DNA of 64,000 nt from NCBI GenBank assembly GCA_965199755.1, contig CBDASZ010000001.1, positions 448,001-512,000 on the forward strand, read 5' to 3'. The notes beneath the pieces were generated by a model. The model was not told the DNA's origin, made no database searches, and worked only from the letters and a program-made list of their open reading frames with translations. Shown here piece after piece: positions 51,263 through 60,565 of this stretch; position 1 is the stretch's first letter, and each line of letters opens with the position of its first letter. Position numbers and translations under genes: made by a program. This DNA is from an uncultured candidatus Porisulfidus sp. GTDB taxonomy: Bacteria; Pseudomonadota; Gammaproteobacteria; Poriferisulfidales; Poriferisulfidaceae.

Positions 51263-52087
51263 ATGAATGTAACGCCGCCACTGAAAATGCAGGGGATCAA
51301 AACGAAGCTCATTCCCTTCATACGGGACAATATTGTCTGGCAAGAGGAAGGACGGTGGGTGGAACCCTTTGTCGGTTCCGGGGTGGTACTGTTCAATGTC
51401 AACCCGACTCGCGCCTTGCTGGGCGACACCAACGGTCACGTTATTCGTTTTTATCAGGCCATTCAGGATGGTCGATTGTCGGGAGATTCTGCGCGTATGT
51501 TTCTGGAGCGCGAGGGGCTGCAGCTATTCGAGGAAGGGGAAGCGCATTACTATCGGATCCGGGAAAGATTCAACGAACACCATGACCCCCTGGACTTTCT
51601 GTTTCTGAACCGCGCGTGTTTCAACGGATTGATGCGATTCAACGGTCAGGGAAAATTCAACACGCCTTTTTGCCGTAAACCGGAGCGCTTTCGCCGCGCT
51701 TATATCACCAAGATCTGCAATCAGATTGACAGGGTGGCGAGCCTGATGAAAGGCAAGGACTGGACGTTTGTATGCTCGGATTGGAAGGACACGCTGGAGC
51801 AAGTAACAGCCAGCGACTTCGTTTATGCGGACCCGCCTTATGCGGGAAGATTCACTGACTACTTCAACGGCTGGATGGATGAGGATGCTGAGAATCTGGA
51901 AGGTCGGCTCAAGCAATTGCCGTGCCCGTTTCTGTACTCAATGTGGGCTGAAAATAAGTACAGAAAAAATGACAGGCTTTATCGCGCTTTCCCGACCCAC
52001 AAGATAAAAACGTTGGATCATTTCTATCACTTGGGATCAAATGAAAGCCTCAGAAACTCGATGAAAGAGGCTTTGGTTTTGGGATGA
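51263..52087 (+). CDS. Dam/EcoRV-family N6-adenine DNA methyltransferase
   Basis: PPLKMQGIKTKL, WVEPFVGSGVV, FNGLMRFN..GKFNTPFCRKP, YADPPY. Confidence 0.93.
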   Translation: MNVTPPLKMQGIKTKLIPFIRDNIVWQEEGRWVEPFVGSGVVLFNVNPTRALLGDTNGHVIRFYQAIQDGRLSGDSARMFLEREGLQLFEEGEAHYYRIRERFNEHHDPLDFLFLNRACFNGLMRFNGQGKFNTPFCRKPERFRRAYITKICNQIDRVASLMKGKDWTFVCSDWKDTLEQVTASDFVYADPPYAGRFTDYFNGWMDEDAENLEGRLKQLPCPFLYSMWAENKYRKNDRLYRAFPTHKIKTLDHFYHLGSNESLRNSMKEALVLG

Positions 52088-52815
52088 AAGAATTTATCTT
52101 GGAAAAACTGTCTGCCATTCAAAACGGATATAGCGTATGTGGAATAGTGGACAAGAGAGGGAGAATTTATCCGCTTGGCTCAGACACGAAGGTCATAAGC
52201 GCCATTTTCGAGATAATCGCCCGCCAAACAGTTTCCGCTTATGCGGAGGAAAATGATCTGATCCTGAAAGGGCCAGACAAGCAGAACCATTACCCGGACT
52301 TTACATTAATGCGGTCCGATGATGATCAGGAAAAGATTGCTATTGATGTAAAAACAACTTACAGGAAAGGGAGTAAATCCGAGTTCGGCTATACGCTTGG
52401 CAGCTATACCAGTTATATACACCCGCAGACGGAAGCGAAGAACATTGTTTATCCATACAGCCACTATGGACAGCATTGGGCCATTGGGTTTGTGTACAGT
52501 CGAACCGAAAGCAAGCGCGTTGCCGAGCCTCGCATTTATTCCCATAAAGAACTGGCAGACATCCAGCTTCCGTTTGATAATGTTGAAGTCTTTATGCAGG
52601 AAAAATGGAAGATTGCTGGCGATCGAGCCGGGAGCGGAAACACCAGCAATATCGGAAGTATCAGAGGATTCATTGAGGACTTTGTGGAGGGAAATGGTAT
52701 TTTCGTGTCCGAGACGGAGTTCATCGAATATTGGAGAGGGTATGGTTCTACTCAAGACAAAAGGAAACTGACTTATTCCAATATTGGAGAGTACCGAGAC
52801 AAGGCTGACCTATGA
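52084..52815 (+). CDS. EcoRV-family type II restriction endonuclease
   Basis: Resembles R.EcoRV throughout: IYPLGSDTKV, QNHYPDFTL, KIAIDVKTTY (PD..DxK), KNIVYPY, recognition loop AGSGNTSNIGSI. Confidence 0.92.
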   Translation: MKEFILEKLSAIQNGYSVCGIVDKRGRIYPLGSDTKVISAIFEIIARQTVSAYAEENDLILKGPDKQNHYPDFTLMRSDDDQEKIAIDVKTTYRKGSKSEFGYTLGSYTSYIHPQTEAKNIVYPYSHYGQHWAIGFVYSRTESKRVAEPRIYSHKELADIQLPFDNVEVFMQEKWKIAGDRAGSGNTSNIGSIRGFIEDFVEGNGIFVSETEFIEYWRGYGSTQDKRKLTYSNIGEYRDKADL

Positions 52816-52867
52816 GTAGTGTTAACATATTGGTCCACTTTTACTGTTTTGTCTGGCGAGGAGACCG

Positions 52868-53122
52868 ATGACTAAACTTTCTAAAAAAGAGCAACTTGAA
52901 AAGAACTATGAAGCGTACCAGAAACTGAAGGACAAGCTCGAACAAGAGCATCTCGGACGTGTTGCGTTGCTCCACAATGAAGAACTTGTCGCCATTTATA
53001 ACGATGAGGGTGATGCTTATGATATTGGCTGCGAAAAGTTTGGACTTGGCGGTTTTTACTTGGCAACCATTGGAGAAAAGCCCATACCTTTAGGTTGGCA
53101 GGGATACCTTATGTTCCCATGA
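52868..53122 (+). CDS. Small hypothetical protein (DUF5678-like)
   Basis: RBS GAGGAG; NYEAY..LK..L..EH.GRVALLH.EELV.IY.D..DAY..G pattern. Confidence 0.6.
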   Translation: MTKLSKKEQLEKNYEAYQKLKDKLEQEHLGRVALLHNEELVAIYNDEGDAYDIGCEKFGLGGFYLATIGEKPIPLGWQGYLMFP

Positions 53123-53439
53123 ACATCGAACAGACCATCACGGACAAACTCAGCGAAGCGCTGACCCCAGCGTATTTAAGTGTTGAGGATGAGAGCTATA
53201 TGCACAGTTCTGGTCCCGGAGCGCAGTCGCATTTCAAGGTGATTGTGGCGAGCGCCGAGTTTGCGGGCAAATCTCTGGTAGACCGCCACCGCATCGTCAA
53301 CCGCATTCTGGCGCAGGAACTGGCCGGTCCGGTACATGCGCTGGCACTGCACACGCACAGTGATGAAGAATGGGAAGCGACGCCGGATGTACTGGACAGT
53401 CCACCGTGTCGCAGCGGCTCCAAGGCGGCGTTTGACTGA
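53119..53439 (+). CDS. bolA: BolA family protein
   Basis: VEDESYMH, SHFKVIVAS.EF.GKSLVDRHRIVN, VHALALHT, SPPC. Confidence 0.92.
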   Translation: MNIEQTITDKLSEALTPAYLSVEDESYMHSSGPGAQSHFKVIVASAEFAGKSLVDRHRIVNRILAQELAGPVHALALHTHSDEEWEATPDVLDSPPCRSGSKAAFD

Positions 53440-53443
53440 ACTA

Positions 53444-53710
53444 CTATCCGCGCATGCGGTGCCCGAAAGTGGGTTCCAGAACTTCAATTTCGTAGCTAAA
53501 TTCAGGGTCCAAAGCGAACCAGTCACCGGCGGCTACCGTGACAGGTTCATCATTGCCTGAGCGAATACTGAGCCGTCCTTCCAGCAAATAATATTGCTCG
53601 TGTATCCCTTGGCGCTGGATCGGGCCGGAATCAAAACTGAACTCCGGCCAATCCTCAATATCCAGCACCTCCATTTTGCTAGGTGACATGCGCAGTTCGT
53701 AGCGAAGCAT
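53444..53710 (-). CDS. Small cupin-domain protein (DUF861-like)
   Basis: EQYYLLEGRLSI....PVTVAAGD cupin pattern; start uncertain. Confidence 0.65.
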   Translation of the reverse strand: MLRYELRMSPSKMEVLDIEDWPEFSFDSGPIQRQGIHEQYYLLEGRLSIRSGNDEPVTVAAGDWFALDPEFSYEIEVLEPTFGHRMRG

Positions 53711-53727
53711 CCTGCTCTCCTCAATGA

Positions 53728-55107
53728 TTATGCTGTCGGCAGAACCTTATCAGGGTTCAGGATCCCGTCAGGGTCAAAATCGCGTTTGATAGCGTGCATG
53801 AGATGCAGGGCTGCCGGCTCCAGTTCGCGCGTGATGTGGTCGCGTTTGGCCAGACCGACACCATGCTCGCCGGAAAGCGTGCCGTTGAGTTCAATGACGG
53901 CATCGAATACTTGATGCAGACATTCCTGAGCGGTAGCGCGCTGCGCCTCCGTGTCGTCAGGCAGCAAGTTGACATGCAAGTTGCCGGATCCGGCGTGTCC
54001 GAAACAGACGATGGGAAACGGGAACTGCGTGCGGAGATCGGCGATGCGTGCGAGTAGTTCTCCTAGTCGCTCCACTGGCACCACCACATCCTCATTGATT
54101 TTGTCGGGGGCAATCCGTCTCAGGGCGGGTGAAAGCGTTTTGCGCGCTTGCCACAAAGCCTTGCGCGCCTGCGCGTCGTGTGCGATTTGAATATCGAGGG
54201 CGTTGTTTTTTCCGGCTGCTGCCACCATGGCATCACTCAGGCGCGGCACTTCCTCTTTTGCTCCATCGACCTCGATTAGCAACAGTGCCTGTGCTGAATC
54301 CGGCAGCGACACAGAGCCATCTTCGCGTAGCAAGTCCAGACAGGCGGCATCCATAAACTCCAGCATGCACGGCAGTGTGGGCTGCGCAAGCAACCGGCAT
54401 ACGGCGGCCATCGCGTCGCTAGCATTATCGTAGAGTGCACGTATGGTGGCTTGTGCTTCTGGAAGCGGGCGCAGCAGCAGAGTCGCTTCAATGAATATGG
54501 CCAAGGTTCCTTCCGAGCCGATCAGCAAGCGCAGCAGATCCAGCCCGACCACGCCCTTGCGCGTCAGGGTTCCGGTGGTGATGATCTCGCCGCTGCCGGT
54601 GACGGCCCGCAGGCGCAGCGTGTTGTCTCGGCAGGTGCCGTATTTGATCGCGCGCGGCCCGGCCGCGTTACAGGCGAGATTGCCACCGACTGTACAAAAC
54701 GGAGCACTGGAGGGGTCCGGGGCCCAAAACAGTTGGTGTTTGGCCGCTTCATTCTGCAGCTGCTGATTAATCAGTCCCGGCTGCACACGCGCTGTCTGCG
54801 CTTCGGGGTCAATCTCAAGTAACTGATTCATGCGTTCAGTTGAAAGCACGATGCCGCCGTGTGTAGGAACGCCGGCTCCAGTGGTATTGGTGCCCAGACC
54901 TCGTGAAGTCAGGGGGATGTGATGCTTGCGGCAGAAGCCGACCAGTTCCTGAATTTGTTTCTCTTCCCGTGCGAATACCACGGCTTCGGGAGGGTGGTGC
55001 CGGCGGCTGTTGTCGTAGCCGTACGTCCAGCAATCGGCAGGGTCGTCAAGCAGGTCCTCGGAATCAATCAGTTGCCGGAGGGCTGCCAGCCAGACTGGCT
55101 CATCCAT
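53728..55107 (-). CDS. FAD-linked oxidase, GlcD / D-lactate dehydrogenase family
   Basis: PDPSS..CTVGGN..CNAAG, GSEGTL, GHAGSGNLH, SGEHGVG..K, FDPDGILNP. Confidence 0.92.
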   Translation of the reverse strand: MDEPVWLAALRQLIDSEDLLDDPADCWTYGYDNSRRHHPPEAVVFAREEKQIQELVGFCRKHHIPLTSRGLGTNTTGAGVPTHGGIVLSTERMNQLLEIDPEAQTARVQPGLINQQLQNEAAKHQLFWAPDPSSAPFCTVGGNLACNAAGPRAIKYGTCRDNTLRLRAVTGSGEIITTGTLTRKGVVGLDLLRLLIGSEGTLAIFIEATLLLRPLPEAQATIRALYDNASDAMAAVCRLLAQPTLPCMLEFMDAACLDLLREDGSVSLPDSAQALLLIEVDGAKEEVPRLSDAMVAAAGKNNALDIQIAHDAQARKALWQARKTLSPALRRIAPDKINEDVVVPVERLGELLARIADLRTQFPFPIVCFGHAGSGNLHVNLLPDDTEAQRATAQECLHQVFDAVIELNGTLSGEHGVGLAKRDHITRELEPAALHLMHAIKRDFDPDGILNPDKVLPTA

Positions 55108-55684
55108 TGGCGGCCTGTTCGATCAACTCACAGAGGCTGTGCAGAATCAGGATATGCACTTCCTGAATGCGGGCGGTGGAATCCGCCGGCACTCGCAATT
55201 CGATATCCGCATCACCCAGTGCTGTGGCCATGGCACCGCCGTCACGTCCGGTCAGCGCCACGATCTGCATCTGTTGTGCCCGTGCGACTTCCATGGCGGC
55301 CAGCACATTGGCGGAGTTGCCACTGGTGCTGATGGCGAGAAGCCAGTCGCCAGAGCGGCCAAGCGCCTCGACCTGACGCGCGAAGATTCGCTCGAACCCG
55401 TAATCGTTGCTCAGTGCGGTGAGCGCGGAAGTATCGGTTGTGAGTGCGATCGCCGCCATCGCCGAGCGTTCGCGTTCAAAGCGTCCGACCAGTTCGGCTG
55501 CGAAGTGCTGCGCGTCGGCCGCGGAGCCGCCGTTGCCGCAGACCAGTACCTTGTATCCGGCTTTGATGTCTTGCGCCATGCGTGCTCCCGCCTCGGCAAT
55601 GTGCTCAGGCAGGCTTTGTGCGGCAGTGCGCACAATGTCCAGATGCGCTTCAAACAGTTGCGCCACGCGCGCTGAGTCAGACAT
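55100..55684 (-). CDS. gmhA: Phosphoheptose isomerase (SIS domain)
   Basis: CGNGGSAADAQHFAAE, NDYGF..IFARQV, ISTSGNS.NV, TARIQEVH. Confidence 0.92.
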   Translation of the reverse strand: MSDSARVAQLFEAHLDIVRTAAQSLPEHIAEAGARMAQDIKAGYKVLVCGNGGSAADAQHFAAELVGRFERERSAMAAIALTTDTSALTALSNDYGFERIFARQVEALGRSGDWLLAISTSGNSANVLAAMEVARAQQMQIVALTGRDGGAMATALGDADIELRVPADSTARIQEVHILILHSLCELIEQAANG

Positions 55685-55686
55685 AA

Positions 55687-56517
55687 TCAGGCCAGTTCCG
55701 CCGCGCGCCATAAAAACCAGCCGCCGACACCCACCAGACCGAGGCCGGTCAGGCCGCGAAACAGCGGTGAGGGGCCGGGGACGGTTTTCTCAAGAAGAAC
55801 GAATAGGGTGAGTGCCGCTACCCACAACATGTTCATCATGCCGAGCGCGAACAGCACCAGCATTAACGCCCAGCAACAGCCCACGCAGAACAATCCGTTT
55901 TCCGCGCCCATGCGCCAGGCACCGAAATTACCGCTATGCCAATGCGCCATCAGAAACTGCAGCGGTGAGCGGCACTGGTTCAGGCAGGCATCTTTCCACG
56001 GAGTCCATTGATAGACGCCGGCAATCACGACCAACACGCCGCTGAACAGAAAACTTCGACTGTTCATCATCGGATCCAGTATGCCCCAGAAATGCAGCGG
56101 CCATTGCACCAGTGTCACCAGCGCCGAGAATGCGGCCCAAGCCGCCAAATAGCCCAGCAGGAACAAGGCCCACGACAGGATCGGACGAGTGATCGAGACA
56201 TGCTTGCGCGAGACCGTGTGATACATCCGTACGGTCGGCAGGGCGCTCGGCGTCATCATCGCCACCATCATCACCGTCCACATCACGAACAGCATCCAGA
56301 AGTCGTGACTGCTCCAGAGGCTGTGTGCTGCGGGCGGCATCCATGCCGAGAAGGCACCCCCGCTCATCATCTGGCGCATTTCCCAGTCCATAAGCAGCAT
56401 CCAGCCCCAACAGCCAACGGCGACCGCAAGCAAGGACGCAGTCAAAACCACCCGCTCAGGCATCGGCAAGGGGCCGAAGTTTTGATGGGGCGCGGATGAG
56501 GTGGAGAAAAGTGGCAT
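55687..56517 (-). CDS. DUF2182 predicted metal-binding integral membrane protein
   Basis: MW.VMMVAMMTPS, YQWTPWKDACL..CRSP, CVGCCWALM..LF..G.MN..W..EK; start uncertain. Confidence 0.88.
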   Translation of the reverse strand: MPLFSTSSAPHQNFGPLPMPERVVLTASLLAVAVGCWGWMLLMDWEMRQMMSGGAFSAWMPPAAHSLWSSHDFWMLFVMWTVMMVAMMTPSALPTVRMYHTVSRKHVSITRPILSWALFLLGYLAAWAAFSALVTLVQWPLHFWGILDPMMNSRSFLFSGVLVVIAGVYQWTPWKDACLNQCRSPLQFLMAHWHSGNFGAWRMGAENGLFCVGCCWALMLVLFALGMMNMLWVAALTLFVLLEKTVPGPSPLFRGLTGLGLVGVGGWFLWRAAELA

Positions 56518-56648
56518 CAGCACTAAAACAAGCCGTTCAATATTATAGTAATTGCGTGCCATACACAGGGTTTGTCGGGGAAAATACGGCTGTTCCCAAG
56601 TGCGGCTTATGTAAGATAGTTCGACCAAATTGATGTTTTGAGAAGGCC

Positions 56649-57683
56649 ATGATTCAGGCAGCCATAGTGGGCGCGACGGGCTATACCGGCGTGGAATTGC
56701 TGCGTCTGCTCGACGCGCATCCGCAGGTGGAAGTAGTGGCCGTCAGTTCGGATTCGCAAGCCGGACAACGGGTCACGGACATTCATCCGCATCTGCGTCC
56801 GACTCTTGATTTGCGCTATGTGGCGCATGAGCAGATCTATGTGCAAGCGTGTTCGGTGATGTTTTTCGCGGCACCGAATGGCACCGCCATGACGCAGACT
56901 CCAGCGCTACTGGAGCGTGGCTGCAAGGTCATTGATCTGGCGGCGGATTTTCGCTTGCGCGACCCGGACGTGTGGGCGCAGTACTACGGTATGGCGCATG
57001 CCTGCCCTGAATTGCTGCAGCAGGCGGTGTATGGGCTGCCGGAGCTGTATCGAAAGGATATTCAGGAGGCATCGCTTGTCGCCAATCCCGGCTGCTACCC
57101 CACGGCAACGATTCTGGGGCTTTTGCCGTTGCTGGAAACAGGTGTGGCAGACCTCCATCGCCTGATCGCTGACGCGACGTCGGGTATCAGCGGTGCCGGA
57201 CGCACGGCAAGCACCCCGCTGTTGATGAGCGAAGCTGCGGAAAACTTTCGCGCCTACGGCATTCACCAGCATCGGCACACACCGGAAATCTCGCAGATTT
57301 TGAGTCAGGTTGCGGGCGAGGAGGTCGCGCTGACGTTCACGCCGCATGTCGCGCCGATGTCGCGCGGGATACTGGCGACGCTGTATGCCTGGACCGAACT
57401 CTCTGCTAAGGCGGCGCAGGAGTTGTATGCGCAGCATTATGCGGGTGAGCCTTTCGTGAACGTAATGCCGGCGGGGAGCTTGCCGCAGACCAAGAGCACG
57501 CGCGGCTCGAACCTGTGCCGGATCGCCGTGCATCCGGGAGCGACACCAGCGGCCCCTCTGATCGTCGTATCTGTGATTGACAATCTTGTCAAGGGTGCCG
57601 CGGGACAAGCGGTGCAAAACATGAATCTGATGTTTGGGTTGGACGAACAGGCAGGTCTGTCGCAGACGGCGTTGCCCGCATGA
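56649..57683 (+). CDS. argC: N-acetyl-gamma-glutamyl-phosphate reductase
   Basis: GATGYTG.EL, DLAADFRL, ANPGCYPT, DNLVKGAAGQAVQNMN. Confidence 0.97.
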   Translation: MIQAAIVGATGYTGVELLRLLDAHPQVEVVAVSSDSQAGQRVTDIHPHLRPTLDLRYVAHEQIYVQACSVMFFAAPNGTAMTQTPALLERGCKVIDLAADFRLRDPDVWAQYYGMAHACPELLQQAVYGLPELYRKDIQEASLVANPGCYPTATILGLLPLLETGVADLHRLIADATSGISGAGRTASTPLLMSEAAENFRAYGIHQHRHTPEISQILSQVAGEEVALTFTPHVAPMSRGILATLYAWTELSAKAAQELYAQHYAGEPFVNVMPAGSLPQTKSTRGSNLCRIAVHPGATPAAPLIVVSVIDNLVKGAAGQAVQNMNLMFGLDEQAGLSQTALPA

Positions 57684-58378
57684 AACTTCCGCAGTTGCAG
57701 CCCCGCGCCCCGTGGGTGCTCTGGGGAGTGCTGATAGTGGCGGCTGTCGCATCAGGCTTTTATCTCGGCAATTACAGTCTGCATCGCCAGTTGGGGGAGA
57801 TGCAGGCATCGCATCTCCTGTTGCGTGAAGAAGTGAGCGAATTGCTGCAGCACAAGGAGCAGTTGCTCGGGCGGCAGGTGGAAGAAGAGCGGCAACTACA
57901 GGTGATGCACCAGGCGATGCGCCATTTGCAGGAGATGCTGCTGAAGCGCGAGGCGGAGTTGCAGGAAGTGCGCAGCGATGTGGACCTGTATCGTAAGTTG
58001 ATGCAGTCTGATATCAAGCAGGAAGTGGAGATTCATGCGCTGCGGCTGAAACCGGGAGAGGCCAGTGGCAGCTGGAACTATCAGCTGGTGCTGTACCAAA
58101 AGCAGTCAGACAAGCAAGTTCAGGGACAGTACGATCTGGTGTTTTATGGCCGTCAGGAAGACCGCGAGGTACAGCATCGCTTGTCTGAATTGATCCCGCA
58201 GCAGGAGGCGCGTGAGTTTTCGTTTCGTTATTTTGAGCGTCTGGGCGGGACGTTTTCATTGCCGTCCGGGCTGGAAGTCCGCAGTCTCGAAGTGGAGGTG
58301 AGTCCGATCGGAAAACGGATCAAACCCATGCGGCGGCTGTTCGAGTGGCGTAAATTACTCGCGAAAGCGGCTTCCTGA
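57680..58378 (+). CDS. DUF6776-like membrane-anchored coiled-coil protein
   Basis: N-terminal TM, coiled coil ending DVDLYRKLM, C-terminal FSFRYFE..G.F.LP; follows argC. Confidence 0.7.
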   Translation: MKLPQLQPRAPWVLWGVLIVAAVASGFYLGNYSLHRQLGEMQASHLLLREEVSELLQHKEQLLGRQVEEERQLQVMHQAMRHLQEMLLKREAELQEVRSDVDLYRKLMQSDIKQEVEIHALRLKPGEASGSWNYQLVLYQKQSDKQVQGQYDLVFYGRQEDREVQHRLSELIPQQEAREFSFRYFERLGGTFSLPSGLEVRSLEVEVSPIGKRIKPMRRLFEWRKLLAKAAS

Positions 58379-58519
58379 GTGGTGCCTGCGGTATAATTTC
58401 GCCTCTTGAATCCCGCTGTCTGTGCTTTTGCTGGCGCGGTTCCGAAATCGCGTCTTCGACAGCCGCAATCCGGGCCGGTGTCGTATTTGGGGCATGGAGG
58501 CCGGAGGAATGGACGTTGC

Positions 58520-58605
58520 GCGAAAGTGGCGGAACTGGTAGACGCGCTGGCTTTAGGTGCCAGTGGGATTATCCCGTGAGAGTTCGAGTCTCTCCTTTCG
58601 CACCA
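58520..58605 (+). tRNA. tRNA-Leu(TAG)
   Basis: GCGAAAG/CTTTCGC acceptor stem plus ACCA, anticodon arm CTGGC-TTTAGGT-GCCAG, long variable arm, GTTCGAGTC. Confidence 0.96.
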
Positions 58606-58627
58606 CTGACGCAAAACAGGATCTCCA

Positions 58628-59935
58628 ATGGAAGTCACACTGGAAGAAAACGATACGATCTCGCGCACTCTGACCGTCACAGTGCCGCAGGAGCAGTATG
58701 CGCAGAAGCTTGACGCGCGTTTGCGTCATCTGGCCCGTACCGTGCGTATGGATGGCTTTCGTCCCGGTCACGTGCCGTTACAGATCGTGCGCCAAAGGTA
58801 TTTGCAGGAAGCGCAAGAATCCGTGGTCTCGAAACTGGTGGAATCCTCATTGCAGGAGGCGCTGGTGGAAAAGCAGTTGCAACCGGTGGTGAACCCGAAG
58901 ATTAATGTGGATTCCGTAGGTGAGGACGCGCCGTTGCGCTACCGTGCGGAGTTTGATGTGTTTCCGACGGTGACCGAGGAGCAGATCCAGTCTCTGTCCT
59001 TGACGGACTGGCAGGTGACGATCTCAGATTCAGATGTGGAGGCGGGGGTCGATCATTTGCGCGAAAACCTGACCGAATGGAATGTGGTGGAGCGCCCGCT
59101 CGTCGCTGGAGATCAGGCCATTGTGAAACTGGAGGCGGGGTCGGAAGAGGTGGCTGTGGCGGAGATCAGCGAATCCAGTCAGGAATTGGCGCTAATACTG
59201 AAGCCGGGGACGTTGCTGGAAGAGTTGCATGGCGACTTGCTTGGGATGAGCGCGACGGAAGAAAAACTGGTGCGTGTGACGTTCCAGCCACGCGATGAGC
59301 AGACGCAAACCGAGCAAAGCAGTTACTTTCGGGTGCTCGTCACCAAAGTTCGCGAGCCGCATAAGCCGGCGATGGACGATCCGAGGCTGCTGCAATATTT
59401 TGCTTGCGAGAATGCTGAGGGGCTGCTTGCTCAAGTGCGGCAGCATATGGGATATCGCAACGACGACATGTTGCGTACCCGCTATCGGATGGATATTGTC
59501 TCCAGGCTTTTCGCGCCAGACTCCGGGCGATTGGAATTACCCACGTCTCTGGCGGCTTGGTGTCTGGAGGTACGATTGCGGGAGGCCGGTTTGGAAGAAG
59601 TTCCCGAAGAAGGCCATCCTATGCACAGTGAGGCGCTGTCCGATGCCGCTCAGATTACGGCGTATCAGGTGCTGTCGGCGTTAGCCAATGTAGAGCCGAC
59701 TGATGAGGATCGCACCCAGATTGAGAATGCGTTCGTCGGACAATACCGCGATGAGAATGAGGCGCGCGAGCGAATTCGTAGCGACTCCCAGACGCGCGAC
59801 CATCTGGAGCGCGAGGCGACCTGGGCGGCACTGATCCGATGGGTGATGCAGCGCGCTCAGGTGCAAACAAAAAATATCAGTATGGAACAATTAAAGGACA
59901 TCAATTCGGGGCAACCGAACGAGGAGGTCCAATAA
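58628..59935 (+). CDS. tig: Trigger factor (divergent)
   Basis: Ribosome-binding motif GFRPGHVP; position tRNA-Leu-tig-clpP-clpX; typical length. Confidence 0.88.
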   Translation: MEVTLEENDTISRTLTVTVPQEQYAQKLDARLRHLARTVRMDGFRPGHVPLQIVRQRYLQEAQESVVSKLVESSLQEALVEKQLQPVVNPKINVDSVGEDAPLRYRAEFDVFPTVTEEQIQSLSLTDWQVTISDSDVEAGVDHLRENLTEWNVVERPLVAGDQAIVKLEAGSEEVAVAEISESSQELALILKPGTLLEELHGDLLGMSATEEKLVRVTFQPRDEQTQTEQSSYFRVLVTKVREPHKPAMDDPRLLQYFACENAEGLLAQVRQHMGYRNDDMLRTRYRMDIVSRLFAPDSGRLELPTSLAAWCLEVRLREAGLEEVPEEGHPMHSEALSDAAQITAYQVLSALANVEPTDEDRTQIENAFVGQYRDENEARERIRSDSQTRDHLEREATWAALIRWVMQRAQVQTKNISMEQLKDINSGQPNEEVQ

Positions 59936-60559
59936 ATGGAGATTCAAGACCAATACATTCCCATGGTTATTGAGCAAAGCTCTCGTGGAGAGCGTGCCTA
60001 CGATATTTATTCACGCCTGCTGAAGGAGCGCGTGGTGTTTCTGGTCGGCGCGGTGGACGACCATGTGGCGAATCTGGTGCTGGCGCAAATACTGTTCCTT
60101 GAATCCGAAAACCCGGACAAGGACATTTCGCTGTACATCAATTCCCCAGGAGGCTCGGTCAGCGCCGGGCTTGCGATCTACGACACCATGCAGTTTTGCC
60201 GCCCGGACATCAGTACCTTGTGTGTCGGTCAGGCGGCCAGCATGGGCGCTTTGCTGCTGGCGGCCGGCGCGGCCGGCAAGCGCTACGCGCTGCCGCATTC
60301 GCGCATCATGATTCACCAGCCGCTCGGCGGTTTCGAGGGGCAGGCGACGGATGTGGACATCCATGCGCGTGAAATATTGCGCGCCCGTGAGGACATCAAT
60401 GAGGTTTTGGCCCGGCATACTGGTCAAAAGGTTGATAAAATTCGCGAAGATACGGAACGCGACCACTTTATGAGCAGTGCGCGTGCGAAGGAGTACGGCA
60501 TCGTTGATCAAGTGCTGTCAACGCGCGCGGATCTGGTGGAAGGCACTGACTCCCAATAG
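59936..60559 (+). CDS. clpP: ATP-dependent Clp protease proteolytic subunit
   Basis: [26 protein letters not shown]. Confidence 0.98.
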   Translation: MEIQDQYIPMVIEQSSRGERAYDIYSRLLKERVVFLVGAVDDHVANLVLAQILFLESENPDKDISLYINSPGGSVSAGLAIYDTMQFCRPDISTLCVGQAASMGALLLAAGAAGKRYALPHSRIMIHQPLGGFEGQATDVDIHAREILRAREDINEVLARHTGQKVDKIREDTERDHFMSSARAKEYGIVDQVLSTRADLVEGTDSQ

Positions 60560-60565
60560 GAGGCC

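Noticed and set aside
51263-52087. Housekeeping dam methylase
   Set aside because: It is coupled to an EcoRV-like endonuclease and lies outside the usual aroB-damX-dam context
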